Shown: positions 1-8,085 of the stretch, piece by piece
Position numbering within the stretch: the first letter of the stretch is position 1
Layout: each line of letters begins with the position of its first letter
Origin: Acutalibacter sp.
Lineage (GTDB): Bacteria > Bacillota > Clostridia > Oscillospirales > Acutalibacteraceae
Assembly: GCA_020025775.1 (NCBI GenBank)
Contig: JAHHRN010000002.1
Span: forward strand, 225,652 to 257,651
DNA length: 32,000 nt
Direction: 5' to 3'
Notes under the pieces: model-generated
Told to the model about the DNA's origin: nothing
The model's database searches: none
Seen by the model: the letters and a program-made list of their open reading frames with translations, nothing else
Program-made: the position numbers and the translations under genes

Positions 1-289
1 AATAGCCGAACTTGTAAAAGAAAAAAAGGCAGAAAAAATCGTTTTGGGACTTCCAAAAAACATGGATGGTTCTGAAGGCTTTCGTGCTGAAGCCTGCCGA
101 GAGCTCGGCGCGCTTTTAACTGAGGAAACAGGGCTTCCTGTAGACTTCGAAGATGAACGATTGACCACGGTTTCTGCGCACAACGCACTAAACGTGACAA
201 ATACACGCGGAAAAAAGCGTAAAGCGGTGATTGATGCCGTTTCTGCAGTCATTATTTTAGAAGATTATCTTCGCAAAATGAAAAATTAA
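1..289 (+). CDS. ruvX: Holliday-junction resolvase-like nuclease RuvX/YqgF, C-terminal part (5' end outside window)
   Basis: The frame is open from nt 2 (IAELVKEKKAEKIVLGLPKNMDGSEG...DERLTTVSA...DAVSAVIILEDYL), which is typical of the YqgF/RuvX C-terminal half. A strong hairpin terminator follows. Confidence 0.8.
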   Translation, partial: IAELVKEKKAEKIVLGLPKNMDGSEGFRAEACRELGALLTEETGLPVDFEDERLTTVSAHNALNVTNTRGKKRKAVIDAVSAVIILEDYLRKMKN

Positions 290-318
290 CTTTTCCACAG
301 ATTGTGACAAAAATTGAA

Positions 319-358
319 ATCCGATACCGATATAATGACGGTATCGGATTTTTTATTT
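319..358 (+). terminator. Rho-independent terminator after ruvX
   Basis: An 11-bp stem (ATCCGATACCG 319-329 / CGGTATCGGAT 339-349) with a 9-nt loop, followed by TTTTTATTT. Confidence 0.8.
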
Positions 359-375
359 GGGGAGGGGAGAAGTTC

Positions 376-1269
376 TTGGTCGTTTATGCGGATGTATTGG
401 TCGTTCTCAATTTATTTGTCACTTATTTTTTACTGCTTTGTACAAAAGCCATGCTTCGAAAACATGTGAAAAGAAAGCGTCTCCTTTTAGGGGCACTGTT
501 CGGCGGCTTTTATGCGCTTGTTATTTTTTTACCGCCGCTGCCAAAAGCCGTTTCGTGCCTTATGAATGTTATCGCTTCTTTGATTTTGATTTTTCTTTCG
601 TTCCCGATACATAGTAAAAAAGAGTTACTTAAAACCGCTGCTGCTTTTTTCTCTGTGAATTTTGCTTTTGCCGGAATCATGTTTGCCATATGGCTGCATT
701 TTTCACCCAAAGGTATGGTTTATGAAAACGGCAGTGTCTATTTTGACATAGATATAAAAACATTAATTCTCTCTACTACAATCTGTTATTTGATTTTAAC
801 TTTAGCCGAAAAACTTTTAAAGCGCCGTGCACCGGATAATTGCTTATATGAAATCAAACTGGAACACCGCGGCAAAACTGTTCAAACGACAGCACTTCTA
901 GATACAGGAAACAGTCTTCGGGACGGTTTTTCCGATATGCCAGTAATTGTAGCGGAAAGCACACTTTGTAAAGAACTGTTAGGGGAGACACCGCAAAATT
1001 TATTTCTGAATACCTCAACTGCTCAAGGAAGCGTAAAAGAAAAAATGCGTTTAATTCCGTTTTCCGATGTGTCGAAAGAAGGAATGCTGTATGCTGTAAT
1101 CATCGACCGACTTTCCGTCCCACAAAAACGAATCGAAATACAGTCGGTTTTATTAGCAGAGAGCCATCAAGATTTTAAAAACGGAGAATATCGTGTTATT
1201 CTCGGCAATGATTTTCTGGAAAGGAGCAAGCAATATGCAAATCATCAAAAAAATAAAGCTGTGGTTTGA
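376..1269 (+). CDS. spoIIGA: Sigma-E processing aspartic peptidase SpoIIGA
   Basis: A multi-TM N-terminal half is followed by the [10 protein letters not shown] aspartic-protease motif, and the gene sits directly upstream of sigE. I prefer the TTG at 376 (RBS GGAGGGGAG 361-369; N-terminus [12 protein letters not shown] resembles the SpoIIGA start). The GTG at 304 would translate the terminator hairpin. Confidence 0.85.
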   Translation: MVVYADVLVVLNLFVTYFLLLCTKAMLRKHVKRKRLLLGALFGGFYALVIFLPPLPKAVSCLMNVIASLILIFLSFPIHSKKELLKTAAAFFSVNFAFAGIMFAIWLHFSPKGMVYENGSVYFDIDIKTLILSTTICYLILTLAEKLLKRRAPDNCLYEIKLEHRGKTVQTTALLDTGNSLRDGFSDMPVIVAESTLCKELLGETPQNLFLNTSTAQGSVKEKMRLIPFSDVSKEGMLYAVIIDRLSVPQKRIEIQSVLLAESHQDFKNGEYRVILGNDFLERSKQYANHQKNKAVV

Positions 1270-1942
1270 ACGGCTTTGGAACAAAAAAGAGGACCTTCAT
1301 TTTGTAAGCGGTTCAAAATCTTTGCCCGAACCTTTCTCCAAAGAAAAAGAGCAGGAGCTTTTAGAAAGACTAGAGGCAGGGGAGGAAGATGTCCGAGACC
1401 TTTTAATAACCCATAATCTTCGCCTGGTTGTCTATATTGCGAAAAAGTTTGAAAATTCCGGTGTATCTATAGAAGATTTAATTTCTATCGGGACAATCGG
1501 TTTAATCAAGGCCGTGCACACCTTTCAGCCGGAAAAGAAAATTAAGCTTGCGACCTATGCTTCTCGCTGTATCGAAAATGAAATTCTCATGCATCTTCGA
1601 AAAACCGGAGCGCATAAAGGAGATATTTCCATCGATGAGCCCTTAAATGTAGACTGGGACGGCAACGAACTACTGCTTTCGGACATTCTAGGCAGTAATC
1701 CAGATGCGATTCACGAGAATATTGAATATGACGATGAAAAAAATCTGCTTTTAAAGAATGTACACGCACTTCCCAAACGAGAAAAAACAATCATGTGTAT
1801 GCGTTTTGGCTTATGCGGACAAAAGGAACATACACAAAAAGAAGTTGCCGACATATTGGGCATTTCTCAAAGCTATATTTCCAGACTTGAGAAACGAATT
1901 TTGAATCATTTAAAGAAAGAAATGGAAAAAGCAGTTTCGTGA
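1235..1942 (+). CDS. sigE: Sporulation sigma factor SigE (pro-sigma-E)
   Basis: [36 protein letters not shown]...[19 protein letters not shown] is the sigma-70 region 2 signature of SigE. A pro-sequence is present and the position after spoIIGA fits. ATG 1235 is preceded by AAGGAG, and the gene overlaps the spoIIGA 3' end. Confidence 0.9.
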   Translation: MQIIKKIKLWFERLWNKKEDLHFVSGSKSLPEPFSKEKEQELLERLEAGEEDVRDLLITHNLRLVVYIAKKFENSGVSIEDLISIGTIGLIKAVHTFQPEKKIKLATYASRCIENEILMHLRKTGAHKGDISIDEPLNVDWDGNELLLSDILGSNPDAIHENIEYDDEKNLLLKNVHALPKREKTIMCMRFGLCGQKEHTQKEVADILGISQSYISRLEKRILNHLKKEMEKAVS

Positions 1943-2001
1943 AAAAACTCAAAAAATCTTATAAAAAAATTAAGAAAAGACTATCATTTTTAGAAAAAAT
2001 G

Positions 2002-2010
2002 TGGTAGAAT
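2002..2010 (+). promoter_or_regulatory. Extended -10 element TGgTAGAAT (candidate promoter of the flavoprotein trio)
   Basis: TGGTAGAAT at 2002-2010. The -35 is poor (TATCAT). An alternative TAGAAT lies at 2162-2167. Confidence 0.3.
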
Positions 2011-2170
2011 GTAGGAGAAATATGAGAAAATCATAGAGTAAGGCTAGAAAGTAAACAATTTTAAATTAACATGTTTAGGACTTCATACGTTGTAACAAAT
2101 GTGTGAAGTCTCTCCTTGTTTTTTTAGGATATTTTCTTGTTTTTACAGTGATTTTCTTAATTAGAATTCT

Positions 2171-2195
2171 TGCACACTTTTAAAAAAAGTGTGCA
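2171..2195. repeat. Perfect 11-bp inverted repeat TGCACACTTTT-AAA-AAAAGTGTGCA just upstream of the RBS (candidate operator or RNA hairpin)
   Basis: Read directly from the sequence. The arms are 2171-2181 and 2185-2195, ending 17 nt before ATG 2212. Confidence 0.5.
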
Positions 2196-2211
2196 CAGAA
2201 AGGACGGGTCA

Positions 2212-3645
2212 ATGATGAAATATGATGTTGTAGTAATTGGCGCGGGCGTTGTCGGTGCTCTCATCTCACGTGAGCTCTCGAAGAAAAACATCCGCACCGC
2301 GCTTTTAGAGCGCTGCAACGATGTGGCTATGGGAACAACCAAAGCCAACAGTGCTATTGTTCACGGTGGTTTTGATGCACAAACCGGTACGCTTAAGGCA
2401 AAGCTTAATGTGCGCGGCACAGAGCTTATGCCGAAACTTTGTGAGGCTCTTTCCGTTCCTTACAGAAACAACGGCTCTTTAGTTCTTGCATTCTCCGACG
2501 AGGAAATGGAACATGTAAAAACACTGTATGACAGAGGCGTTGCAAACGGTGTTCCGAGATTATCTATTTTAAATGCTGAAGAAGTTAAGGCATTAGAGCC
2601 CCACGTCAGTGATGAAGTGAAAGGCGCCTTACTTTCTGCTTCTGCAGGCATTGTTTGCCCCTATGAACTGACTATCGCCGCAACCGAAAACGCCGTTACA
2701 AACGGTGTAGAGTTTATTCGCAACTGCGAAGTAACTGCTATTGCACAGAAGGCAGATGCTTTTGTTTTAGAGACGTCTCAAGGCGAAATTGAAGCAACTT
2801 ACGTGATCAATGCCGCCGGTATTCATTCCGACGATATTGCCAGAATGATTGGTGACGAAAGCATTGAACTTGTAGCTCGTAAAGGCGAATATTATCTTTT
2901 AGATAAATCCTTCGGCTATATGGCAGACCATACACTTTTCCAGTGCCCGAACGCAATGGGTAAAGGTGTTTTGGTTACACCGACTGTCGACGGTAACCTT
3001 TTAATTGGCCCGTCTGCTTTAGATGTAGAAAATAAAGAAGATGTAGACACCACACCCGCGGGCTTGGATTTCATTCTTGCCAAAGCAAAGAAGACTGTGC
3101 CGACTTTGAATATTCGCGGCGCCATTACTTCTTTCGCAGGTATGCGTGCACATCCTGTAACGGATGACTTCATTATTGGCTTCTCCGAGAAGAACGACCA
3201 TTTCTTAAACGTAGCCGGTATCGAGTCTCCCGGTCTTTCTGCTGCTCCTGCAATCGCTGAAATGGTGGCTAACCTCTTAACCCAAAAAGCAGAGCTTTCC
3301 GAAAAGGAAAGCTATACTGAAAAACGTGAAGCACCCGTTCGTTTCCGTCATATGACTAAAAAACAAAGAGAAGCTTTAATCGAAAAGAATAAAGCTTACG
3401 GCAGAATTATTTGCCGCTGTGAGACCATCACAGAAGGTGAAATCTTAGATGCTATTCATGCTCCGGCAGGTGCAAGAGATGTAGACGGCGTAAAGCGTCG
3501 TACCCGTGCAGGTATGGGCAGATGCCAAGGCGGTTTCTGCGGTTCTAAGGTTGTTGAAATCTTAGCTCGCGAGCTCCATGTTCCGATGAATGAAATTACA
3601 AAATTCGGCGGGGATTCTAAAATTCTCTTTGATAAAACGAAATGA
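2212..3645 (+). CDS. FAD-dependent oxidoreductase, GlpA/LhgO-like (glycerol-3-phosphate dehydrogenase family) with C-terminal BFD-like [2Fe-2S] domain
   Basis: N-terminal dinucleotide fold YDVVVIGAGVVGALISRELS and a C-terminal CRCE...GMGRCQGGFCG cysteine pattern. It is the first gene of the conserved trio with the next two ORFs. ATG 2212 follows AAAGGACGG. Confidence 0.8.
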   Translation: MMKYDVVVIGAGVVGALISRELSKKNIRTALLERCNDVAMGTTKANSAIVHGGFDAQTGTLKAKLNVRGTELMPKLCEALSVPYRNNGSLVLAFSDEEMEHVKTLYDRGVANGVPRLSILNAEEVKALEPHVSDEVKGALLSASAGIVCPYELTIAATENAVTNGVEFIRNCEVTAIAQKADAFVLETSQGEIEATYVINAAGIHSDDIARMIGDESIELVARKGEYYLLDKSFGYMADHTLFQCPNAMGKGVLVTPTVDGNLLIGPSALDVENKEDVDTTPAGLDFILAKAKKTVPTLNIRGAITSFAGMRAHPVTDDFIIGFSEKNDHFLNVAGIESPGLSAAPAIAEMVANLLTQKAELSEKESYTEKREAPVRFRHMTKKQREALIEKNKAYGRIICRCETITEGEILDAIHAPAGARDVDGVKRRTRAGMGRCQGGFCGSKVVEILARELHVPMNEITKFGGDSKILFDKTK

Positions 3646-3655
3646 GGTGCGAAAG

Positions 3656-4912
3656 ATGCTGAATTATGATTTAGTTGTTGTCGGCGGCGGTCCTGCCGGT
3701 ATGGCAGCAGCACTCCAAGCACACGAAGACGGTGTTGAAAAGGTCTTGATTTTAGAAAGAGCTGACTCCTTAGGCGGTATCTTAGAGCAGTGCATCCATA
3801 CTGGCTTTGGTCTTCACTATTTCGGTGAAGAACTGGCAGGTCCGGAATATGCCGGCCGCTTTATCGAGCAGGTTTATAATACAGATATCGACGTTAAAGT
3901 AGATACCATGGTATTGGATATTTCCGCGGATAATGTTGTTACTGCAGTAAATAACTTTGACGGTCTTTTAACCATCCAGGCAAAGGCCATTGTTTTGGCA
4001 ATGGGTTGCCGCGAAAGACCTAGAGGTGCTCTTTCCATTGCTGGTTGCCGTGCTTCCGGTATTATGACCGCAGGTACAGCACAGAAATATGTAAATATCG
4101 ACGGTTATATGCCCGGTAAGACCGTTGTCATCTTAGGTTCCGGCGACATCGGTCTTATTATGGCACGCCGCATGACCTTGGAAGGCGCAAAGGTTAAGGC
4201 TGTATGCGAGCTTATGCCGTATTCCGGTGGTTTGACTCGTAACATCGTACAGTGCCTCGAGGACTTCGACATTCCGCTCAGACTTTCCTGCACCGTTGTA
4301 GCTACACACGGTAAGGATAGACTGGAAGGCGTTACTGTCGCAAATGTTGACGAGAATTTGAAACCCATTCCCGGTACAGAAGAATACATTCCCTGCGATA
4401 CCTTAATGCTTTCTGTCGGCTTGATTCCCGAAAATGAGCTTTCTAAGAATGCAGGTATTACACTTGACCCCATTACCAACGGTCCTGTTGTTGACGAATA
4501 CCGTGAAACTTCCCATAAGGGCGTATTTGCTTGCGGTAACGTTTTACAGGTACACGACCTTGTTGACTTCGTAACAGAGGAAAGCAAGCTTGCCGGTGCA
4601 GGCGCAGCTAAATTCATTAAAGGTGAAAAGGCTGATGCCGGTGTTGTACATACGAAAGGACAAGATGGTGTTCGCTATATTGTTCCGCAAAATGTCAATA
4701 CCGCAACTGATAAAGATGTAAAGCTTTATTTCCGTGTCGGCAGAGTAATTAAAAACGCTGTATTAACTGTAACATGCGGTGATGAAGTCATCATGACCAA
4801 GAAAAAGAAAAAAATGACCCCCGGTGAAATGGAATATATCACTTTAAAGGTAGATACTATTCATAATTTACCAAAGGATAGCACCTTAGTTGTCAGCGCA
4901 AAGGAGGCGTAA
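3656..4912 (+). CDS. NAD(P)/FAD-dependent (pyridine nucleotide-disulfide family) oxidoreductase
   Basis: Two Rossmann motifs (DLVVVGGGPAGMAAA and VVILGSGDIGLIMA). ATG 3656 follows GAGGTG. It is tightly coupled to its neighbours. Confidence 0.8.
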   Translation: MLNYDLVVVGGGPAGMAAALQAHEDGVEKVLILERADSLGGILEQCIHTGFGLHYFGEELAGPEYAGRFIEQVYNTDIDVKVDTMVLDISADNVVTAVNNFDGLLTIQAKAIVLAMGCRERPRGALSIAGCRASGIMTAGTAQKYVNIDGYMPGKTVVILGSGDIGLIMARRMTLEGAKVKAVCELMPYSGGLTRNIVQCLEDFDIPLRLSCTVVATHGKDRLEGVTVANVDENLKPIPGTEEYIPCDTLMLSVGLIPENELSKNAGITLDPITNGPVVDEYRETSHKGVFACGNVLQVHDLVDFVTEESKLAGAGAAKFIKGEKADAGVVHTKGQDGVRYIVPQNVNTATDKDVKLYFRVGRVIKNAVLTVTCGDEVIMTKKKKKMTPGEMEYITLKVDTIHNLPKDSTLVVSAKEA

Positions 4913-4915
4913 GAA

Positions 4916-5275
4916 ATGGAAAAAAGAGAATTAGTTTGTGTTTCTTGCCCGATGGGTTGTGCCATTACAGTAGAACTTGATGATAACGGTCAAGTTGTTT
5001 CTGTTACTGGCAACACTTGCCCGCGCGGTGACAAATATGCAAGACAGGAATGCACCCATCCCGAGCGTATGGTAACTTCTTCTGTTCGTGTAGAAGGCGG
5101 CAGATTACCGGTTGTTCCGGTTAAAACCTCTCAGCCTATTGCTAAAGAATTGATTTTTGACTGCATGAAAGAAATCAATCAGGTTGTATTGAAAGCTCCG
5201 GTTAAAATCGGTGATGTTGTTATTCACGATGTTTTAGGCACTGGTGTGGACATTTTGGCAACTAATGAAGCATAA
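4916..5275 (+). CDS. DUF1667 domain protein (small Cys-rich subunit of the trio)
   Basis: VCVSCPMGCAITVE...GNTCPRGDKYARQE matches the pattern of DUF1667 proteins that accompany the two flavoproteins. The start lies 4 nt after the upstream stop, with an AGGAGG RBS. Confidence 0.75.
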   Translation: MEKRELVCVSCPMGCAITVELDDNGQVVSVTGNTCPRGDKYARQECTHPERMVTSSVRVEGGRLPVVPVKTSQPIAKELIFDCMKEINQVVLKAPVKIGDVVIHDVLGTGVDILATNEA

Positions 5276-5300
5276 TTATATCAATCATATCAAATGATAA

Positions 5301-5350
5301 AAAGGAAATTCTGTTGTTTAGATAAAACAATAGAATTTCCTTTTATTTAT
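5301..5350 (+). terminator. Rho-independent terminator of the flavoprotein operon
   Basis: A long stem (AAAGGAAATTCT 5301-5312 / AGAATTTCCTTT 5332-5343, plus an inner TTGTTT/AAACAA pairing) followed by a T-rich tail. Confidence 0.75.
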
Positions 5351-5611
5351 TATTTCGATATTTATAATTATACATTTAGCGCCTATGTGTCGTGCATTTA
5401 CCGTGCATTTGCACAAAACATCAAAATATTTTTGTTGAATATATATATTGCCATTTAAAAAATTATTTTTGCTTTAAAATACAAAAAAATAGTGCCCAAA
5501 TCATGAAGAACAAATCTAGCTAAATTGCTATTTCGTATTGTAAAAATAGCTAAATTTTGAAATGCGCTGTACGGACGAATAACCAAAGAAAATTTTTTTG
5601 CACATTTCCTG

Positions 5612-5639
5612 TTGACTTGTTAATATTTGAGTGTAAAAT
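5612..5639 (+). promoter_or_regulatory. SigmaA-type promoter candidate for the surface-protein gene
   Basis: TTGACT (5612-5617), a 16-nt spacer, then TAAAAT (5634-5639), about 110 nt upstream of ATG 5749. Confidence 0.45.
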
Positions 5640-5748
5640 AATATCTACAAAAGTATTTTGTTATTTTTTTGACAAATGATAAAATTCCTTTGAACCTGTT
5701 TTCGAAAACACAAAACACATCACACAAAACACGGAGGAGAATCAAATC

Positions 5749-7704
5749 ATGAAACACAAAGTTTGGACTAAAGTAGTAAGCGTTATAATGACAGTATCTC
5801 TTATGCTTGGTCTATGCGTAACTGCTTTTGCATCTGATGTAACCTACAAGGCGACCTACACCAAGGTAGCAACCAAAGAGGTTTATAAAACCGTTCTTTC
5901 TGATGCAAATACAGAAATCGGTAAACAGGGCTTAAATGGCAATACCGTTCAAGAGATGTATAAACTTTTACCGCAGGTAGCAGGTATACTTACAGACGCC
6001 AAACAATATAAAACCATTGAGTTTTACACCAATACTGAACCTGAAATTTTTGCAAACTTGGCAGCCTTTATGCAGAGCCAAAATGCGACAACAGTTACAG
6101 TAGAACTTCTTACAGCGTATTTTGCTGAAAATCCTGTAAAAATCAAAGATGTAGAAGACTTTACGAACAAGCTTAACACCTTTATCGATGTATTTTTTTC
6201 CGCTCCTGTAAATCAGCTCTTTGCTCTAGCTTTAATGATGGGTGTTCCGGAAGCAAACATGCAAACCTTTTTTGGCTCTTTAGATGATGTTTGCAAAAGT
6301 ATGGGTATCCAGCAAGAGAAAACTTTCTTTCAGGTTGTTACAGCACAAAATGGTGAAGTAACCGCGAAGTATGTAAAAAATATTGTAAATGCGATTTTAC
6401 CAGACTTAACAAACAATGCAATGCAGATTATCAAAACATTGTCTGTTCCGGAAAATAGCTCTATGTTTTATCGCGGGATCACCGTGCTCGTGCCCGGTCT
6501 CTATGATTTGGTTGTAAGACTCGAAGGCGTCATCGTCATGTTTGCCCCTGGTTTGGATCTTGCGCCCTTGAAAGCTCCGCTTAAGCAAGCTTCCGATATT
6601 ATTCTTGCTCTTCCTACCACAGGGGAAGGCGAAAGCAAAATGTTTGATCTCGAAGGTAGTATCGAATATATAGTAAACGACGTAATCGCCGCTTCTATGT
6701 CTACACCTAATACAGTAACGATGTATACGCTGCAGGCCAAAACCGGCACAAGAGGCAAAAAGATTCTTTCTTTCAACGGCGACGGAATGATTAACTTTGA
6801 CCATATCAATCTTGCCAATGTTCGTGCAGCAGCTGACACAACAGATGTGTTTAATGTAATTTTCCATTATTTACACAAGAACTTAAACAAAACAGGCAAT
6901 AAGACCTTATTAAATACTGCAATCGGTCTTTTACCTTCTCTCGGCGTAAATTTACCGAAAGAGGTGGTAAATTATTTAACTTTTGTTCTTAAAAACAACG
7001 AAAGTGAGTCTGTTTACGAGCTTTATAAAATGCTTCGCACAGCAACAGGTCATGATCTTATATTTAATCTTGTCGTAACGAACGGTAAAGGTAGCGGCAA
7101 ATACAAAATGTCCTCTTCTGTAGCAATCGAAGCTAATAAAGCTCCCGAAGGCAAAGTTTTTGATAAGTGGGTAGTTGTAGGAGACACTAATGTGGCCTTC
7201 AGCGACGAGACAGCTGAAAAAACAACCATTACCATGGCTGACCGCGATATCGAAGTAAAAGCCGTTTATAAAGACAAAGCTGTAGAGCATCATATTATCG
7301 ACGGCACCGATACAACTTGGATTCCGGAAAGCAACAAAGGCTTAAGAATCGTTGTTGCCGGCAGTGCACAAGATATTGCAGATGTTCGCATAGACGGCAA
7401 AATATTAGATCCCTCTAAATACACTGTAAAAGAAGTAAACGGCAATACAGAAATCGTGATCAGTGAAGCCTACATGCAGAAGCTCGGCGCAGGCAATCAT
7501 ACTGTAACCGTGGACTACAAAGACGGTAAGTGTGAAGCGGCATTTACAGTACAGGCAAAGCAAGAAGAAGTAAAACCGGATACAGTAAATATCCCGAAAA
7601 CCGGTTCTTCGCTTGGTGAAAAATTCACGAAAGCCGCTGTATCTGTTGTATCCCTGAGTGCTTTGACAGCAGCCGCAGTTTACATCAAAAAAAGAAAATT
7701 CTGA
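5749..7704 (+). CDS. Secreted, sortase-anchored cell-surface protein (signal peptide, unknown N-terminal region, InlB-B-repeat-like and Ig-like modules, IPKTG sorting signal)
   Basis: RBS GGAGGAG. Signal peptide with AFA|SD cleavage context. The C-terminus has IPKTG (nt 7591-7605), an 18-aa hydrophobic stretch and a KKRKF tail. FDKWVV...TITMADRDIEVKAVYK resembles the Listeria-Bacteroides/InlB B repeat. Confidence 0.8.
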   Translation: MKHKVWTKVVSVIMTVSLMLGLCVTAFASDVTYKATYTKVATKEVYKTVLSDANTEIGKQGLNGNTVQEMYKLLPQVAGILTDAKQYKTIEFYTNTEPEIFANLAAFMQSQNATTVTVELLTAYFAENPVKIKDVEDFTNKLNTFIDVFFSAPVNQLFALALMMGVPEANMQTFFGSLDDVCKSMGIQQEKTFFQVVTAQNGEVTAKYVKNIVNAILPDLTNNAMQIIKTLSVPENSSMFYRGITVLVPGLYDLVVRLEGVIVMFAPGLDLAPLKAPLKQASDIILALPTTGEGESKMFDLEGSIEYIVNDVIAASMSTPNTVTMYTLQAKTGTRGKKILSFNGDGMINFDHINLANVRAAADTTDVFNVIFHYLHKNLNKTGNKTLLNTAIGLLPSLGVNLPKEVVNYLTFVLKNNESESVYELYKMLRTATGHDLIFNLVVTNGKGSGKYKMSSSVAIEANKAPEGKVFDKWVVVGDTNVAFSDETAEKTTITMADRDIEVKAVYKDKAVEHHIIDGTDTTWIPESNKGLRIVVAGSAQDIADVRIDGKILDPSKYTVKEVNGNTEIVISEAYMQKLGAGNHTVTVDYKDGKCEAAFTVQAKQEEVKPDTVNIPKTGSSLGEKFTKAAVSVVSLSALTAAAVYIKKRKF

Positions 7705-7737
7705 TTTGTTTGATTTATAATTGAATTACACTCTTAG

Positions 7738-7774
7738 CCAAGGCGGCATTTTATGTCGCCTTGGTTCTTTTTTG
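7738..7774 (+). terminator. Rho-independent terminator after the surface-protein gene
   Basis: CCAAGGCG 7738-7745 pairs with CGCCTTGG 7757-7764, followed by TTCTTTTTTG. Confidence 0.75.
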
Positions 7775-7882
7775 TTTAACAAAATATAAAAGCAGAACCT
7801 TTTATATTCACTTTTTGACTGAATCTGCAAGATATACTTCAAAAAATATACAGACAAAAATCAACTCAAAAACATAAGAAAA

Positions 7883-7922
7883 GGTCCGAAAAAGCTCAAC
7901 TACTTTACAGCTCTTTTGGACC
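7883..7922 (-). terminator. Probable terminator of the ttcA-like gene (imperfect hairpin)
   Basis: On the minus strand, GGTCCAAAAGAGCT ... AGCTTTTTCGGACC is followed by TTTTCTT. The stem has two mismatches. Confidence 0.45.
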
Positions 7923-8085
7923 TCTTTTGTTTAAAACTCTAAGTTTTTAACATTATGAACAGAGTTTTGAACAATATTAACGTCGAAAACCCTTTTCCAT
8001 AAACTGGATGATTTGCATATTTCTAAAAATTTTTATGCATAAAAAAAGACGTTTTTTGTAGGAAAACTTTCAAAAACAGTAAAAA

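Noticed and set aside
304-375. N-terminal extension of spoIIGA from GTG 304, as listed in the ORF track
   Set aside because: These codons are the ruvX terminator hairpin and T-tract. A good RBS and TTG at 376 give an N-terminus that looks like SpoIIGA.
2022-2036. Mini-ORF MRKS* preceded by AGGAG in the flavoprotein leader (possible leader peptide)
   Set aside because: It is only 4 codons long and the SD-ATG spacing is about 4 nt. The predicted start from the TGGTAGAAT -10 would fall within or after the SD. There is no supporting attenuator logic.
4105-4617. 170-aa ORF antisense to the pyridine-nucleotide oxidoreductase gene
   Set aside because: It lies fully inside a well-supported gene on the other strand. 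Its composition is low-complexity (Ser/Thr/Pro-rich), it has no RBS, and this is typical of a shadow frame.
6406-6867. 153-aa and 112-aa ORFs antisense to the surface-protein gene
   Set aside because: These are shadow ORFs inside a gene with a clear signal peptide and sorting signal. They have Cys/His/Arg-rich nonsense composition and no RBS.
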